Virus record (IMG/VR): IMGVR_UViG_3300044844_000854 | Span: 40,575-104,574 of that record | Strand: one strand, 5' to 3' | Origin: a virus | DNA: 64,000 bases | In this document: positions 11,061 to 21,765 of the stretch, in pieces | How positions within the stretch are numbered: the first letter of the stretch is position 1 | How the letters are laid out: every line of letters begins with the position of its first letter | Notes under the pieces: model-generated | What the model saw: only the letters and a program-made list of their open reading frames with translations | The model's database searches: none | What the model was told of the DNA's origin: nothing | Translations under genes and position numbers: made by a program

Positions 11061-14000
11061 ATGACAGCTACACACAATACTAGCAAACAAAACAGTCATA
11101 AGCCTTATAAGAACTATACACAAGTAGCTTTCCAACAAGGCAAACCTGTATTAGATTATGAACTTAATGATGCACAATCAGTAGTTTTACAACAAATTAC
11201 AAGTCACCTACAAACACTTGAACAATTTTGTGGTATAGAAACATCACCTAGTGAATTTGCTATTGTTCCATTATCCTTTGCAGATCGTGGTAAGAATGAT
11301 AGAAATATTTCAAACTTTGGTATCACTCTTGGTAGATTACCTACTAAATTTGGTGTGATTGATACTACTCACCTAAAGGAAGTTGGTAAAGGTAATACTA
11401 TTGCTTTTGACTACCATAGGTTAGAATTAAATAACATTCATACAACAGAAGATCATGTTTATGAAAACTACCTACTTAAAGGTAAAATTACAGGATATGA
11501 TAGTGCAACAAGAGTAATTACAGATGAACATAAGGACTTTTCTAAGACTCACCTTGATTTAGTTCAAACTACTAAGCAATACACTTTATCACATTCAGAT
11601 ACAGATAGTGTTACACTAAATGTAATCTCTAATGGTGCAGATATTGTATTTACTAGTTGTGCAAATTCAGGTTTAAATGGAACTAGAAGATCAATCTTAT
11701 CTATCCCTACAAGTAATTCTATCTATATTGGACTTCCAATTGGTCTTACAGTAGGCGATGAATATGTAATTATCCCCAAGAACAACTTTAGTGCAATTAA
11801 AAAATCATTTGATGATGAAACAACATTTACAAACACAATTTCAGGTCAAGAGGCTAATCCCATTGTAATCACTTATGTTCAATCATTCATTGAAGATATT
11901 GCAAGTGAAGAAGATGAAGAAATTAAATTAAGTGCAATTGGTATGGAAACTACTCACCGTAAACAACTTAGATGGTGTGTTAGAACTTCTAGAGCATTTT
12001 TAAGCTCAACTGATTTAGCAAAACTTGTATTACAAGAAAACAATGTAAATGTAGGTGTATATTCTAAATATTCAAGAGAATTACTTGGTGCATATACACC
12101 ATTTGAACAACCTGTAGACACATTCTTAGACACATTCTTAAACACACAATCTGAACTACAAGAAAACGGGGATTTAAAAACACCTTTAGCAACACAGGTA
12201 ATGCCTATATCATTAAAACTAGGCAATTTAGAAGCACCTGAATTATCTCAAAGCTATAACAATGTATACCAAAGCAAAGGTATCTCTAGTCAATCCTTCT
12301 TTGTTAAGAATAGAGCAAGTGTATTATCTATCAAAACACTAAAGGCAGTTCTATTACAGGTATTACAAGGCAACACATCACTTAATACAGAAGATGCTTT
12401 AGGTAGTGAATTTGACATCTCTATTCTACAGGTACATACTGCATCATCTAAAAGAGAAGGAAATAGCATAGTACGAAATGATACTCTTTCACCTTATTTG
12501 TATGCAGGTTTTGTGTATGAAACACCTACTGTAGCTAATACACCTATGGCTATCCCAATGTTTAACCCATTTAAACAAGGTGTACCTGAAGGTTTTCCTG
12601 TAATTGTAGATGGTTACTTCTACCAACCACCTAGAATTTTTCAATCACAATCAGAAATCTCTACAGAATTATTGCAAGCTAAATCAATGACTTATTCTTT
12701 AGGTTATATGCCTGAAAGTGATGATTTGATTACTTCACTTATGCCATTTAGTGAAAACACAGTATTCCAACCATTCACATTTAGATCAATTGTTCAAAGA
12801 CAAAATAGTGATCTACAAATTACACCTATTGCATTTGAAACACTTGGTCAAAAATTAGCATTTAATGATATTTCTGCCATTGCTATGCTAGGTATTGGTA
12901 GTGCTTTCTCTATCAGTAATAACACCATATTTGACGGATTTACTACTATACCAACTATTTCTGCAACAGGCTTTGATGGAATTGATGTAGGTTTTTCTGG
13001 TCAATTATCCACAACACAAAATACTATCTTAGGGCTAAACGAATATAGTAAGAATGTATTTGGTGGTATTGTTTTCTCAAATCCAATTCTTGCAGGTGAT
13101 ATTCCTAGCATTGCAACTCAAATCAATCACAAAGATAGCACTGATCAAACTTTGGTAGGTTATTATCTTCCTAAGGCAGTTGAAGATCAAGATGGTAATC
13201 AAACTCACTTTGTTAGCTATAATGATAAAAAACTAGGTTATTCTCTCTATAAAGATGAACAAACTTTAAGAATGAGAGAATTTGAAAATGGTATTTTACA
13301 AGCATCTGTTTTTGCAAATACATTCAATTTAAGAAAATTAGCAATCAAAACACAAGCATCACTAGAAGCAGATTTATTTACTCTTGATGTTCCACATGCT
13401 TTAGATATTTTTAGATCAGGATCAATTCAATCTGCTATTTCTCAAGCACAGTATGACAATGCAAATACTCTTTTAGACACTAATCCTGAATATAGTTCTA
13501 TTGTATATAATGCTATTCAGTTATCTGCATTCTCTGAAATTGCATTATCTTATGGATCTTCAATATCTGCTTATTTTGGTGTATCTCAATTCCCTGCAAT
13601 TAGATCATTTCTATCTAATTCAAAGATTATGGGTAACTTTTCATCAAGTGCTAATCCACTTAGTAATCTATTTAGTAGCAATATCAATGCATTACCTAGT
13701 TTACCATTCACTTTTTGGGGTAATACTAACACACTAATCTCATCAAGTAATATTGGCAATTTATCTACTACTACTGTTGATTTAGGTACTGGTACATTTG
13801 ATGTTGAATCTGTAAATTATCAATCAGGCAGTGTTTCTTTACAGTCTACTTATCGTGCATTTGATAGATCATACATTCAAAGTAATGATGACTTAGATCA
13901 ATTACATGATACTCTTTTAGATCATGAATTAGGTGCTTGGGCAGTAAAGCGAATTTCATTTGATCAATTCCATACAAACACTTCTTTAGATGCATTACAA

Positions 14001-17000
14001 TCTACATCTACATTTAGCAATAGAAATACATCTGCATCGCTAAGATACCATGTAGGCGATTTCTATCCAGGTGAAGTAGATGCAAGGGGTATTCCTAGAA
14101 ATCTTTTGGTAGATACTCTTAATCTCTATGTTAAATTAGAGCCACTACCTTTAGTGCATTGGTATACTATGCCTAAACACCAACATTCTGTTCTTGAGGG
14201 TAGCTTAGATGTAAGTGAGGCTATTGCAACATTGCTTGATATTTCTCATTCAAGAGGTATTCCTGATCACTTATTTAATTTGGGTAAGCAATTTACAACT
14301 AAACATATTGATAGTCAAAACACAATTGTAGATAAAGCAGCACTTAATGTTGACTATTTCTTAAATAAAGCAAACACAGATAATCTAAACCTTGCATCAG
14401 GTTTTGATCAAGCTAATGATAAGACAAGTGGATTTATCTCTTTTGAATTTTCAGGAACTAATAATTCTCAGAATGGATATAGTGTTGTTAAAAACATTAT
14501 CCCATCTTGGTTAGGTAGTAATTTTGCAAGCACACTACCTGGATTTGGATTATCTGCAAGAACAACACTTAATGAATCAGAAAAACAAGACCTTAGAAAT
14601 AGTACTGCATCTAATAGTTTACTTAGCTATGCAAACACTAATTTAAATGTAGGTGATATTGATCCTATGGGTATCTCATTACCTAATCAAGCACAACCAT
14701 TTATTCATTGGTATCACCCAAATATGGATAATATTAAATCTAAGAGTGCTACGATCTATACAAGTCCTTCATTTACTATTCCTGAAATGCAGATGTATGC
14801 AAAATGGGGTAGAAGATCATTGGTTATTCCTGCATTAGTGCCTATGTCAACTAGTAATGATATTGCACAAGCATCTTTTCAAGGTTTATTTCAATCTGTA
14901 GGTGGTGGATATTCTACAAATATTCCTGCTGATGGTGATAATGATGGTATTCTTATCAATAATGCAGGTATACCTACTACTGATGTATTCGATTTTACTT
15001 CTAGCATTGGTGGATTAAATGTAATTACCAAGTTCGACGGTGTTGAGCTTAGAACTATTGACGATCCACAATTATTAGCAGATGGTTACAATGCATCTAT
15101 ATATGCTGATACTTATACACATCATTCTAGTGGTTTAAATGGTAAATTTATTTTATCAGATAGACAACCTGATGGCACAAATACAGATATTGCACAAAAT
15201 CAGGACTACTACAATAAATTCCCAATGACACTAAACACCACTAGATTAAAGGTACAACAATCATTAGATTATACACCAAGTCAGGTTAGTGGTTTCATTA
15301 AACAAATTACACAAAGATCAGGTAATCCAAGACCTGTATATTTACCTGCAAGTGCATATTTTTATAATAATGCTGTTACAAATACGGATAATGCAGGCAC
15401 ACTAACTGTAGATGAAACAATTACTAATGGATCTGCAATATCTTCTCGCGTAGATGCAATGCAAACAGGCATGGGATTTCACCCTGCAATCAATTGGATT
15501 GGTAAATCATTTGCTGATATTAGACAAACAATCGCTACATCAGTAGGATTTGATGCATATAACAAAAAAGAATTTGATTTTAGATCATTCCCAACAGATG
15601 AAGATCAATTAATTTTTGAGCCTGCAATTAGAAATGCAAATCAAACAATTCATACTGGTATTGCATCATTCAAAGGTATGCTTGGCACAGAAGAAGCATG
15701 GTCTACACCTGCAATGAGAGCTTGCTTATCTACTGAAACTGTAGCTTACTTGAACTTTATGACTAAGACATACACATTTATTCCAGGTCATGATAGTATT
15801 CACCCTTATGATGATGTTAGCTATTTTGCTGACTCTAAGGCAACACCTGTATGGCTTACAACATTAAAATCAGGTCTTGATAAAGTACCAGGTAAAGGTG
15901 TTGCTAAGGATACTGATACTGCTTATGCAGGTAGTATGGGTACAAATATGCATACAACAGGTGCATCATTATTTATTGATGATTTGGTCTTTGGTGTAAA
16001 TCGTGGCACATATCGTGATGCAAATGGTAATCCTGCTAGTGATTTATTTGAACTTGCATCTAAGAAAATTATTGAAGGACTTGCAAGTGGCATACAATCT
16101 TTTCAAGCTAAAGCTATTAAATATACACCAATTATCAATGCATTCTCTAAGGGTAGTATGCAGACCAAATTGCTATATAATTGTTCTTTAAGAGTATTAC
16201 ACTCTAGACCAAATAGCTCTAAGGTAGGACAATCTACTGCACCTAGATCACTTACAGAGATGTTTTTATGTGTTGATGGTGAAAATAATAGATTGATTGC
16301 ATTACCTAGATCAACTATGGATAAAGCAGAATACAAGCCATATATTCATGTTCAAGGTATCTCTAAGGCTCTCAATCATGATTATGTAGCAACTAGTGAA
16401 GATCACCCAAATCACAAGTATATGCAACATTTAGATAGCATGATTAGTGATACACTTGGTATTGGTCAATCATTTGATAATGCTACACCATTTATCTCTG
16501 AGCAACCATTGGCATATAAGAATGCAATTCCTTTAGCTAGTTTTGTTGAAACTGATCCTTGTAGTTGTGAAGGTGAACCATTAAGACAGGTAACATCACA
16601 AGATTATACTACTGCTAGAAATGGTGATACATTCAATGCAGATCCATTTGATTTTGCATATGATAGATCAACTAAAGTAACACTAGATGAGACAAATTTA
16701 AGTGGCATCAATCCAATGATTTCTGCAAGTTCAAGCAATAGTGGTGTTGAATATGAATTGCTATCATCTCTTAGTGCTTTACACCAACAAGCTAGTGATA
16801 TTGGATTGACTGCAAATATTGGTAAGAGTACTCATGCAAACTCATACACACTACAGGATTTAATTCCTACTGCAAATGAGATGACATTGCCAGGTGATCA
16901 TGAGATTACATTTGTTCTCTACACAGGTAAGCATGGTCAAATGTATGTAGAAGATATGTTAGAGTCATTTAATCCCAATGTTGCAGGATGTCATATTAAG

Positions 17001-17159
17001 GCAACTATTGAGATCAACAGACCAACACAATACATTTCATCTACTGCACAAGAGAATGTACACTATGGTAAGACACTTGATGGACAACCAATTGAAACAT
17101 ACAAGATTGCAGGTGGTACACCACAAATTCTTACAGATATGACTGTAGTTACTCTTTGA
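11061..17159 (+). CDS. Giant (2032 aa) tail fibre / receptor-binding protein with DUF6519-like N-terminus
   Basis: N-terminal KNYTQVAFQQGKPVLDYELND and later EDEEIKLSAIGMETTHRKQLRWCVR resemble the DUF6519 fibre-anchor domain; position after the baseplate. Confidence 0.65.
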   Translation: MTATHNTSKQNSHKPYKNYTQVAFQQGKPVLDYELNDAQSVVLQQITSHLQTLEQFCGIETSPSEFAIVPLSFADRGKNDRNISNFGITLGRLPTKFGVIDTTHLKEVGKGNTIAFDYHRLELNNIHTTEDHVYENYLLKGKITGYDSATRVITDEHKDFSKTHLDLVQTTKQYTLSHSDTDSVTLNVISNGADIVFTSCANSGLNGTRRSILSIPTSNSIYIGLPIGLTVGDEYVIIPKNNFSAIKKSFDDETTFTNTISGQEANPIVITYVQSFIEDIASEEDEEIKLSAIGMETTHRKQLRWCVRTSRAFLSSTDLAKLVLQENNVNVGVYSKYSRELLGAYTPFEQPVDTFLDTFLNTQSELQENGDLKTPLATQVMPISLKLGNLEAPELSQSYNNVYQSKGISSQSFFVKNRASVLSIKTLKAVLLQVLQGNTSLNTEDALGSEFDISILQVHTASSKREGNSIVRNDTLSPYLYAGFVYETPTVANTPMAIPMFNPFKQGVPEGFPVIVDGYFYQPPRIFQSQSEISTELLQAKSMTYSLGYMPESDDLITSLMPFSENTVFQPFTFRSIVQRQNSDLQITPIAFETLGQKLAFNDISAIAMLGIGSAFSISNNTIFDGFTTIPTISATGFDGIDVGFSGQLSTTQNTILGLNEYSKNVFGGIVFSNPILAGDIPSIATQINHKDSTDQTLVGYYLPKAVEDQDGNQTHFVSYNDKKLGYSLYKDEQTLRMREFENGILQASVFANTFNLRKLAIKTQASLEADLFTLDVPHALDIFRSGSIQSAISQAQYDNANTLLDTNPEYSSIVYNAIQLSAFSEIALSYGSSISAYFGVSQFPAIRSFLSNSKIMGNFSSSANPLSNLFSSNINALPSLPFTFWGNTNTLISSSNIGNLSTTTVDLGTGTFDVESVNYQSGSVSLQSTYRAFDRSYIQSNDDLDQLHDTLLDHELGAWAVKRISFDQFHTNTSLDALQSTSTFSNRNTSASLRYHVGDFYPGEVDARGIPRNLLVDTLNLYVKLEPLPLVHWYTMPKHQHSVLEGSLDVSEAIATLLDISHSRGIPDHLFNLGKQFTTKHIDSQNTIVDKAALNVDYFLNKANTDNLNLASGFDQANDKTSGFISFEFSGTNNSQNGYSVVKNIIPSWLGSNFASTLPGFGLSARTTLNESEKQDLRNSTASNSLLSYANTNLNVGDIDPMGISLPNQAQPFIHWYHPNMDNIKSKSATIYTSPSFTIPEMQMYAKWGRRSLVIPALVPMSTSNDIAQASFQGLFQSVGGGYSTNIPADGDNDGILINNAGIPTTDVFDFTSSIGGLNVITKFDGVELRTIDDPQLLADGYNASIYADTYTHHSSGLNGKFILSDRQPDGTNTDIAQNQDYYNKFPMTLNTTRLKVQQSLDYTPSQVSGFIKQITQRSGNPRPVYLPASAYFYNNAVTNTDNAGTLTVDETITNGSAISSRVDAMQTGMGFHPAINWIGKSFADIRQTIATSVGFDAYNKKEFDFRSFPTDEDQLIFEPAIRNANQTIHTGIASFKGMLGTEEAWSTPAMRACLSTETVAYLNFMTKTYTFIPGHDSIHPYDDVSYFADSKATPVWLTTLKSGLDKVPGKGVAKDTDTAYAGSMGTNMHTTGASLFIDDLVFGVNRGTYRDANGNPASDLFELASKKIIEGLASGIQSFQAKAIKYTPIINAFSKGSMQTKLLYNCSLRVLHSRPNSSKVGQSTAPRSLTEMFLCVDGENNRLIALPRSTMDKAEYKPYIHVQGISKALNHDYVATSEDHPNHKYMQHLDSMISDTLGIGQSFDNATPFISEQPLAYKNAIPLASFVETDPCSCEGEPLRQVTSQDYTTARNGDTFNADPFDFAYDRSTKVTLDETNLSGINPMISASSSNSGVEYELLSSLSALHQQASDIGLTANIGKSTHANSYTLQDLIPTANEMTLPGDHEITFVLYTGKHGQMYVEDMLESFNPNVAGCHIKATIEINRPTQYISSTAQENVHYGKTLDGQPIETYKIAGGTPQILTDMTVVTL

Positions 17160-17248
17160 TAAATAAGCTAAAATAAGAATATTGATTGAATTTCTTTTAG
17201 ATAAGGTATAATATCTCTGTATCACATTAAAAAACGGAGATAGAAAAA

Positions 17249-17623
17249 ATGGCAGCAATTCCTTACGATAGTCCATATAAGGCTACAACTAAAGAAATTA
17301 CATGGGATACAACAAATCCATTAAACTTAACAACAGATGCAAAATTAGATGGCACAAGAGCATTTAGATTAGCCGTATCATCTTTGCCTGCAGGAGCAAC
17401 AATCTCTTTACAAGGTGCATTGATTGAAACACCATCTTTAGATGCACATTGGTCAACCATTTCTAGCTTGACTTCAAGTGGATTTATTACTGATTTTGAT
17501 AATCACTATAAGATTATGCCACATAAGGTTAGATTAAAACAAACTGCAGGTGCTACTACATCAAATGCTACTAAAGTGCTTGTTGTATCTAAGCATATTC
17601 CACCTGAATTAACTAAGCCTTAA
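17249..17623 (+). CDS. Hypothetical virion protein (beta-rich)
   Basis: 124-aa ORF with motif-associated start. Confidence 0.55.
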   Translation: MAAIPYDSPYKATTKEITWDTTNPLNLTTDAKLDGTRAFRLAVSSLPAGATISLQGALIETPSLDAHWSTISSLTSSGFITDFDNHYKIMPHKVRLKQTAGATTSNATKVLVVSKHIPPELTKP

Positions 17624-17653
17624 TAGATAGCATAAAAAAACGGAGATTACAAA

Positions 17654-18250
17654 ATGGAAAAGATTTTAGAATTCTTAGCTAAACAATACTTAAAGACTAA
17701 TAACATTGCACCTACTACAAGTGATTTGATTTCATTGTTAGAAATCTGTCAACAAGAAAGCACATACTCTCAAGCAGTGCAAGCAAAGATTTTGGATATT
17801 CAAAAACCTGTATCTGTTATTCAGCAAGTAGGTAGTAATGCGATTGCTAAATTTAAAACAATCATTGTAAATGGCAAGAAAGTACAAGTACCTGTTCAAG
17901 GTGGCACAACTACTACTGCTACTACTAAGGTTGTTGATAAGAGTAGCCCAAATGGTGCTATTGCATTGATTGATATTATTAAAGGTGCTACAGGTGATAC
18001 ACTAATCAATAGTGATGTATCTAAATGGCTTGTGGATAGTCCAAAAACTATGGAACTTCCCTTTAGTGATTTTGTTCTTACTAGTGATATTGTTGTATTT
18101 ACTCAAGGTAATACTACTTGTTTTGGTATTACTACTAAGCCTATTACAAGTGAATTACTAGAAGTATTTGTATGGATTTCTAAGCCACAAGTTTTATCCA
18201 TTCCGTTTTCTTCTGTATCTAAAGTATATCGTTTATTACAAGAACCATAA
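17654..18250 (+). CDS. Hypothetical protein
   Basis: 198-aa ORF with motif-associated start. Confidence 0.55.
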   Translation: MEKILEFLAKQYLKTNNIAPTTSDLISLLEICQQESTYSQAVQAKILDIQKPVSVIQQVGSNAIAKFKTIIVNGKKVQVPVQGGTTTTATTKVVDKSSPNGAIALIDIIKGATGDTLINSDVSKWLVDSPKTMELPFSDFVLTSDIVVFTQGNTTCFGITTKPITSELLEVFVWISKPQVLSIPFSSVSKVYRLLQEP

Positions 18251-18274
18251 GCATAAAAAACGGAGAATAACAAA

Positions 18275-18643
18275 ATGACTATGACTACAATATTAGAACA
18301 ATTACTACCTATTATGGGTACTGTTGTAAGTGCAATTGTTTCTTATGTACTCACTCTTCTAGCTAAGAGATACCAACTACAATTAAGCAATGAACAAGAA
18401 ACTCAATTAAGACTTACTGTTCGTTCTGCTATTGCAGGTGCTGAAGAATGGGGTGCAAGAAAAATGAATGTTGAAAAACTTGATTATGTTAGTGGTAAGG
18501 AAAAGGCAGATTATGCTTTAGCTATCATTAAGAGTTTATACCCAAAAGCAGAACAAGAAGATATGTTAAAGCTGATTGACTGTGAAATTGCTACTATGCA
18601 AGACTTGGGTGCAACTAAAAGAAAAATCGACATTGAAATCTAA
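18275..18643 (+). CDS. Putative holin (LL-H-like)
   Basis: One N-terminal TM helix followed by VRSAIAGAEE...SGKEKADYA...LIDCEIA, similar to the LL-H holin superfamily. Confidence 0.65.
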   Translation: MTMTTILEQLLPIMGTVVSAIVSYVLTLLAKRYQLQLSNEQETQLRLTVRSAIAGAEEWGARKMNVEKLDYVSGKEKADYALAIIKSLYPKAEQEDMLKLIDCEIATMQDLGATKRKIDIEI

Positions 18644-18653
18644 GGTATAATAA

Positions 18654-18785
18654 ATGATAACAAGCATTGTCACTATCTTAGCTACTGCACTTACACCTGT
18701 TATTGTTAAGGCTATTGAAAAAGCACTTGATTTAGATAAGCCTACTACCAAAAAACCTACTAAAAAGAAAAAAACGGAAGGTTAA
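18654..18785 (+). CDS. Small 43-aa membrane-anchored, Lys-rich protein (not in the ORF track)
   Basis: Read by hand: MITSIVTILATALTPVIVKAIEKALDLDKPTTKKPTKKKKTEG*; TAAGG upstream; fills the gap between the holin and 18788. Confidence 0.6.
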   Translation: MITSIVTILATALTPVIVKAIEKALDLDKPTTKKPTKKKKTEG

Positions 18786-18787
18786 AA

Positions 18788-19132
18788 ATGGCAGGATTAC
18801 ATAACATAGAAATCATACAAGGATCAACATTTACACTAGAGATACAATGGAAAGATGCAGATGATACACCTATCTCTTTAGATGGATTTCAAATTCATAT
18901 GCAAATTAGAAAATCTTTTGAAGATAACTCTACACCACTTGTTGATTTATCTCTAGGTAATGGTATAACTCTTACAGGTGAAATTGGTGGACTTAAAATC
19001 ACAATTCCACATACTGTTACTAGAAATATTACACAATCCACAGCAAAGTATGATATAGAAATTACTACACCTGATGAAGTAATCAATCTTCTTCGTGGCA
19101 ATGTAAATATCATAGGAGAAATTACAAGATGA
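18788..19132 (+). CDS. Tail-fibre adaptor (BppU/LtfC-like Ig-fold)
   Basis: NIEIIQGSTF...WKDADDTPISLDG...MQIRK...AKYDIEIT...LLRGNVNI is a common phage adaptor pattern. Confidence 0.65.
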   Translation: MAGLHNIEIIQGSTFTLEIQWKDADDTPISLDGFQIHMQIRKSFEDNSTPLVDLSLGNGITLTGEIGGLKITIPHTVTRNITQSTAKYDIEITTPDEVINLLRGNVNIIGEITR

Positions 19133-19467
19133 GTATCGTAACAAATCCATCTAAAGGTATTGTTGTTATTAAAGAACGAGGATTAAGAGGTGCTACAGGT
19201 CCATCTTCTGTATCTTCCGAACGGATTGAGATTACGGTTTCAAATCCTATTCCACAACCATACACTTATGTTTTTCCTAAGAATATTAGTACAGATGCTA
19301 ATATGTCACCCCTTGTTCAGGTAGAATTGAATGGATTATCTGCTGTTCTTACAGATGATTTTACAGTCGATTTAAATACTAGAACATTTACTTGGACTTC
19401 ACCTATTACACTTATCGCAAATGATAAGCTAGTTATTAGGTATGTTCCATCATCTATCCCTGTTTAA
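19129..19467 (+). CDS. Hypothetical virion/fibre-associated protein
   Basis: Short collagen-like GLRGATGP and C-terminal LIANDKLVIRY. Confidence 0.5.
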   Translation: MSIVTNPSKGIVVIKERGLRGATGPSSVSSERIEITVSNPIPQPYTYVFPKNISTDANMSPLVQVELNGLSAVLTDDFTVDLNTRTFTWTSPITLIANDKLVIRYVPSSIPV

Positions 19468-19500
19468 AAGACAAACCCTTAAAAAAACGGAGCTTATAAA

Positions 19501-20862
19501 ATGGCACAAATTAGACCAGAGCAAATTAAATTAACAGAGAATACACTCTTAGTTGGTGTACTTGAAAACGGTGCAGAAGTAGCTAAAGCATTACCATTAA
19601 ATACAGACGGTAATGTATCTTTCTCTATTGTAGATGGTGCTTTAAAATTATCTGTAGATGCAGGTGGTATTACTGCTACTGAAATTGCAGATGGTACAAT
19701 CACATCAGAGAAATTCGCACAAGGTGCAATTACTACAGATGCTATTGATGATTATAGCATTTTACCTGTAAAGCTAACTGCTGATCCTGATGAAACATTT
19801 GTATTTCAAACATCAAATCAAGATTGGAATGATAAAGCAGTTCTTCAAGTTTATGGTATTCCTGTTTCTGATGAAGATGTTGTTAATAAAGCATATGTAG
19901 ATAGTGTTGCAACAGGTCTTGATTTTAAAGAAAGTGTTATCCTTGCTTTAGATTATGATGTAGATGCATTAAATGGTCTTTTTGCAAATCCTGATCAATC
20001 CTTAATTACAAGTGCAGGTGCTGAATATCGTTTATTGCTTTTAGGTCAAAATAATCCTATTGAAAACGGTATCTATCAAGTACAAACATGGACTAACGGT
20101 GGTAATGATATTGCTATTATCAGAGCCCAAGATGCAGATTCATCTTCTGAATTAAATACAGGTGCATTTGTATATGTTGAAGCAGGAGAATATCAAGGTG
20201 CAGGCTATGTCTTACAAGCTAATCAAGACGGTACTTCACCACAAGTAGGTGTAGATGCAATTAACTTTGTTCAATTTAACGGTGCTACATCTCTTACTGC
20301 AGGTGAAGGTATCACTAAGCCAGCTGCAAATACAATTGCAGTAAAGATTGATGCAAATTCAAGTGCATTACAATTCTTAAATGATAACTCTTTAGCTTTA
20401 AGCATCAATTCAAATGCATTAAGTATTGATCAAAATGGATTATCTATTATTTGTACTACAGGATCAGGTATTCAAGTAGGTGGTAATGGATTAGAACTTA
20501 TCATTGATGAAAATTCTGTTATTGTAAATCAAGCTAATGAATTACAAGCAGCTATTATGCATTCATCTACACTTTCAGGTGCATTCCAATCAGGCACAGG
20601 TGTAACAGGTTATTCTGTATCTCGTGATCCTATTAGCGATGGTAAATTCTTATTGCTTGTAAATGGTATTGCACAAAGACTTGGTGATGGCACTTCTGTT
20701 GGTTGTGATGCATTCTTCTGTGTAGGTGTAGGCAACCAATCACCACTCAATCTATCTCAAGTTCTTGCAGGTCATGCTCTTTATTGGAATACAAGTGTTG
20801 CAGGTTTTGCTCTTGAAGGTACTGATTATATTGACTTAATCTATCAAACAAATGACTACTAA
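19501..20862 (+). CDS. Tail fibre / virion fibre protein
   Basis: ITATEIADGTITSEKFA repeats, NKAYVDSVATGLDFKESV and QNNPIENGIY motifs are common in phage fibre proteins. Confidence 0.7.
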   Translation: MAQIRPEQIKLTENTLLVGVLENGAEVAKALPLNTDGNVSFSIVDGALKLSVDAGGITATEIADGTITSEKFAQGAITTDAIDDYSILPVKLTADPDETFVFQTSNQDWNDKAVLQVYGIPVSDEDVVNKAYVDSVATGLDFKESVILALDYDVDALNGLFANPDQSLITSAGAEYRLLLLGQNNPIENGIYQVQTWTNGGNDIAIIRAQDADSSSELNTGAFVYVEAGEYQGAGYVLQANQDGTSPQVGVDAINFVQFNGATSLTAGEGITKPAANTIAVKIDANSSALQFLNDNSLALSINSNALSIDQNGLSIICTTGSGIQVGGNGLELIIDENSVIVNQANELQAAIMHSSTLSGAFQSGTGVTGYSVSRDPISDGKFLLLVNGIAQRLGDGTSVGCDAFFCVGVGNQSPLNLSQVLAGHALYWNTSVAGFALEGTDYIDLIYQTNDY

Positions 20863-20968
20863 TATTTAAGATAGATAGATTTAATAGCATAAAAACACAA
20901 TATCATTTATAATCCCTTAGAAATAATGCTATATATAAGACATTCTAAAAACAAACTAAGGAGATTAT

Positions 20969-21478
20969 ATGGCTATCGTCCCTGCAAAACAGATTGCACC
21001 ATTTACAATGAAAACGGCATCATTTACTACTAATCTATTGGATTTAAATAATTACTCACAGAGATCACATACACAAGTTCTTACACTTACTAATGTTCCT
21101 AGAGCATTTATTAGAACAATTAGATTAAGTAGAACACCTGCATCATTTAATACAGGAACTTATGGTGATTATACAGGTCAAAGTGGTTATAATATTGCAG
21201 TAAAACTATATGATTTCGTTACCATTTCTACTAATTACTCAGATATTTACTACACTAAAGATAGCTCTACATTAAGTTCAAATACAGGGTATGACGCATC
21301 TACATCAGGTATTGTATTAGATTTTAATATGGATACATGGTATTCTAATCAAGCTATTGGAACAAATAATATCTACTTACCTATTGTCATTCAAGATAAT
21401 ACTGCTATTAGTGGTGGTCATGGCACAAGTGTTAAGTATGATGTTGTTGTTTATTATGATAGTGTTAATGCTGTTTAA
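20969..21478 (+). CDS. Hypothetical virion protein
   Basis: 169-aa T/S/Y-rich ORF with AAGGAG RBS. Confidence 0.55.
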   Translation: MAIVPAKQIAPFTMKTASFTTNLLDLNNYSQRSHTQVLTLTNVPRAFIRTIRLSRTPASFNTGTYGDYTGQSGYNIAVKLYDFVTISTNYSDIYYTKDSSTLSSNTGYDASTSGIVLDFNMDTWYSNQAIGTNNIYLPIVIQDNTAISGGHGTSVKYDVVVYYDSVNAV

Positions 21479-21493
21479 ACTAAGGAGATTATT

Positions 21494-21754
21494 ATGTTTG
21501 GCATTTTTTATAAGCCCGAAAAAATCAATAATGTGGAAACACTTATAGGCTACCCTGCTTGTATGATTTCTACAGAAAAAAAAGGAAATGAAAATAACTT
21601 GGGAACAAACTATTGTAAAGTTCTCACAGGTATTGCAACTGATGATATTAAACCTATCTCTAGGGTAATTACTAATCCTACAGATAAATGTAGTCATGCT
21701 TTCCTTTGGTTACCATTAACAATTACACCACAAGATTTAGGCATTCAAATCTAA
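21494..21754 (+). CDS. Hypothetical protein
   Basis: AAGGAG RBS, 86 aa. Confidence 0.55.
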   Translation: MFGIFYKPEKINNVETLIGYPACMISTEKKGNENNLGTNYCKVLTGIATDDIKPISRVITNPTDKCSHAFLWLPLTITPQDLGIQI

Positions 21755-21765
21755 AGGATTAAACA

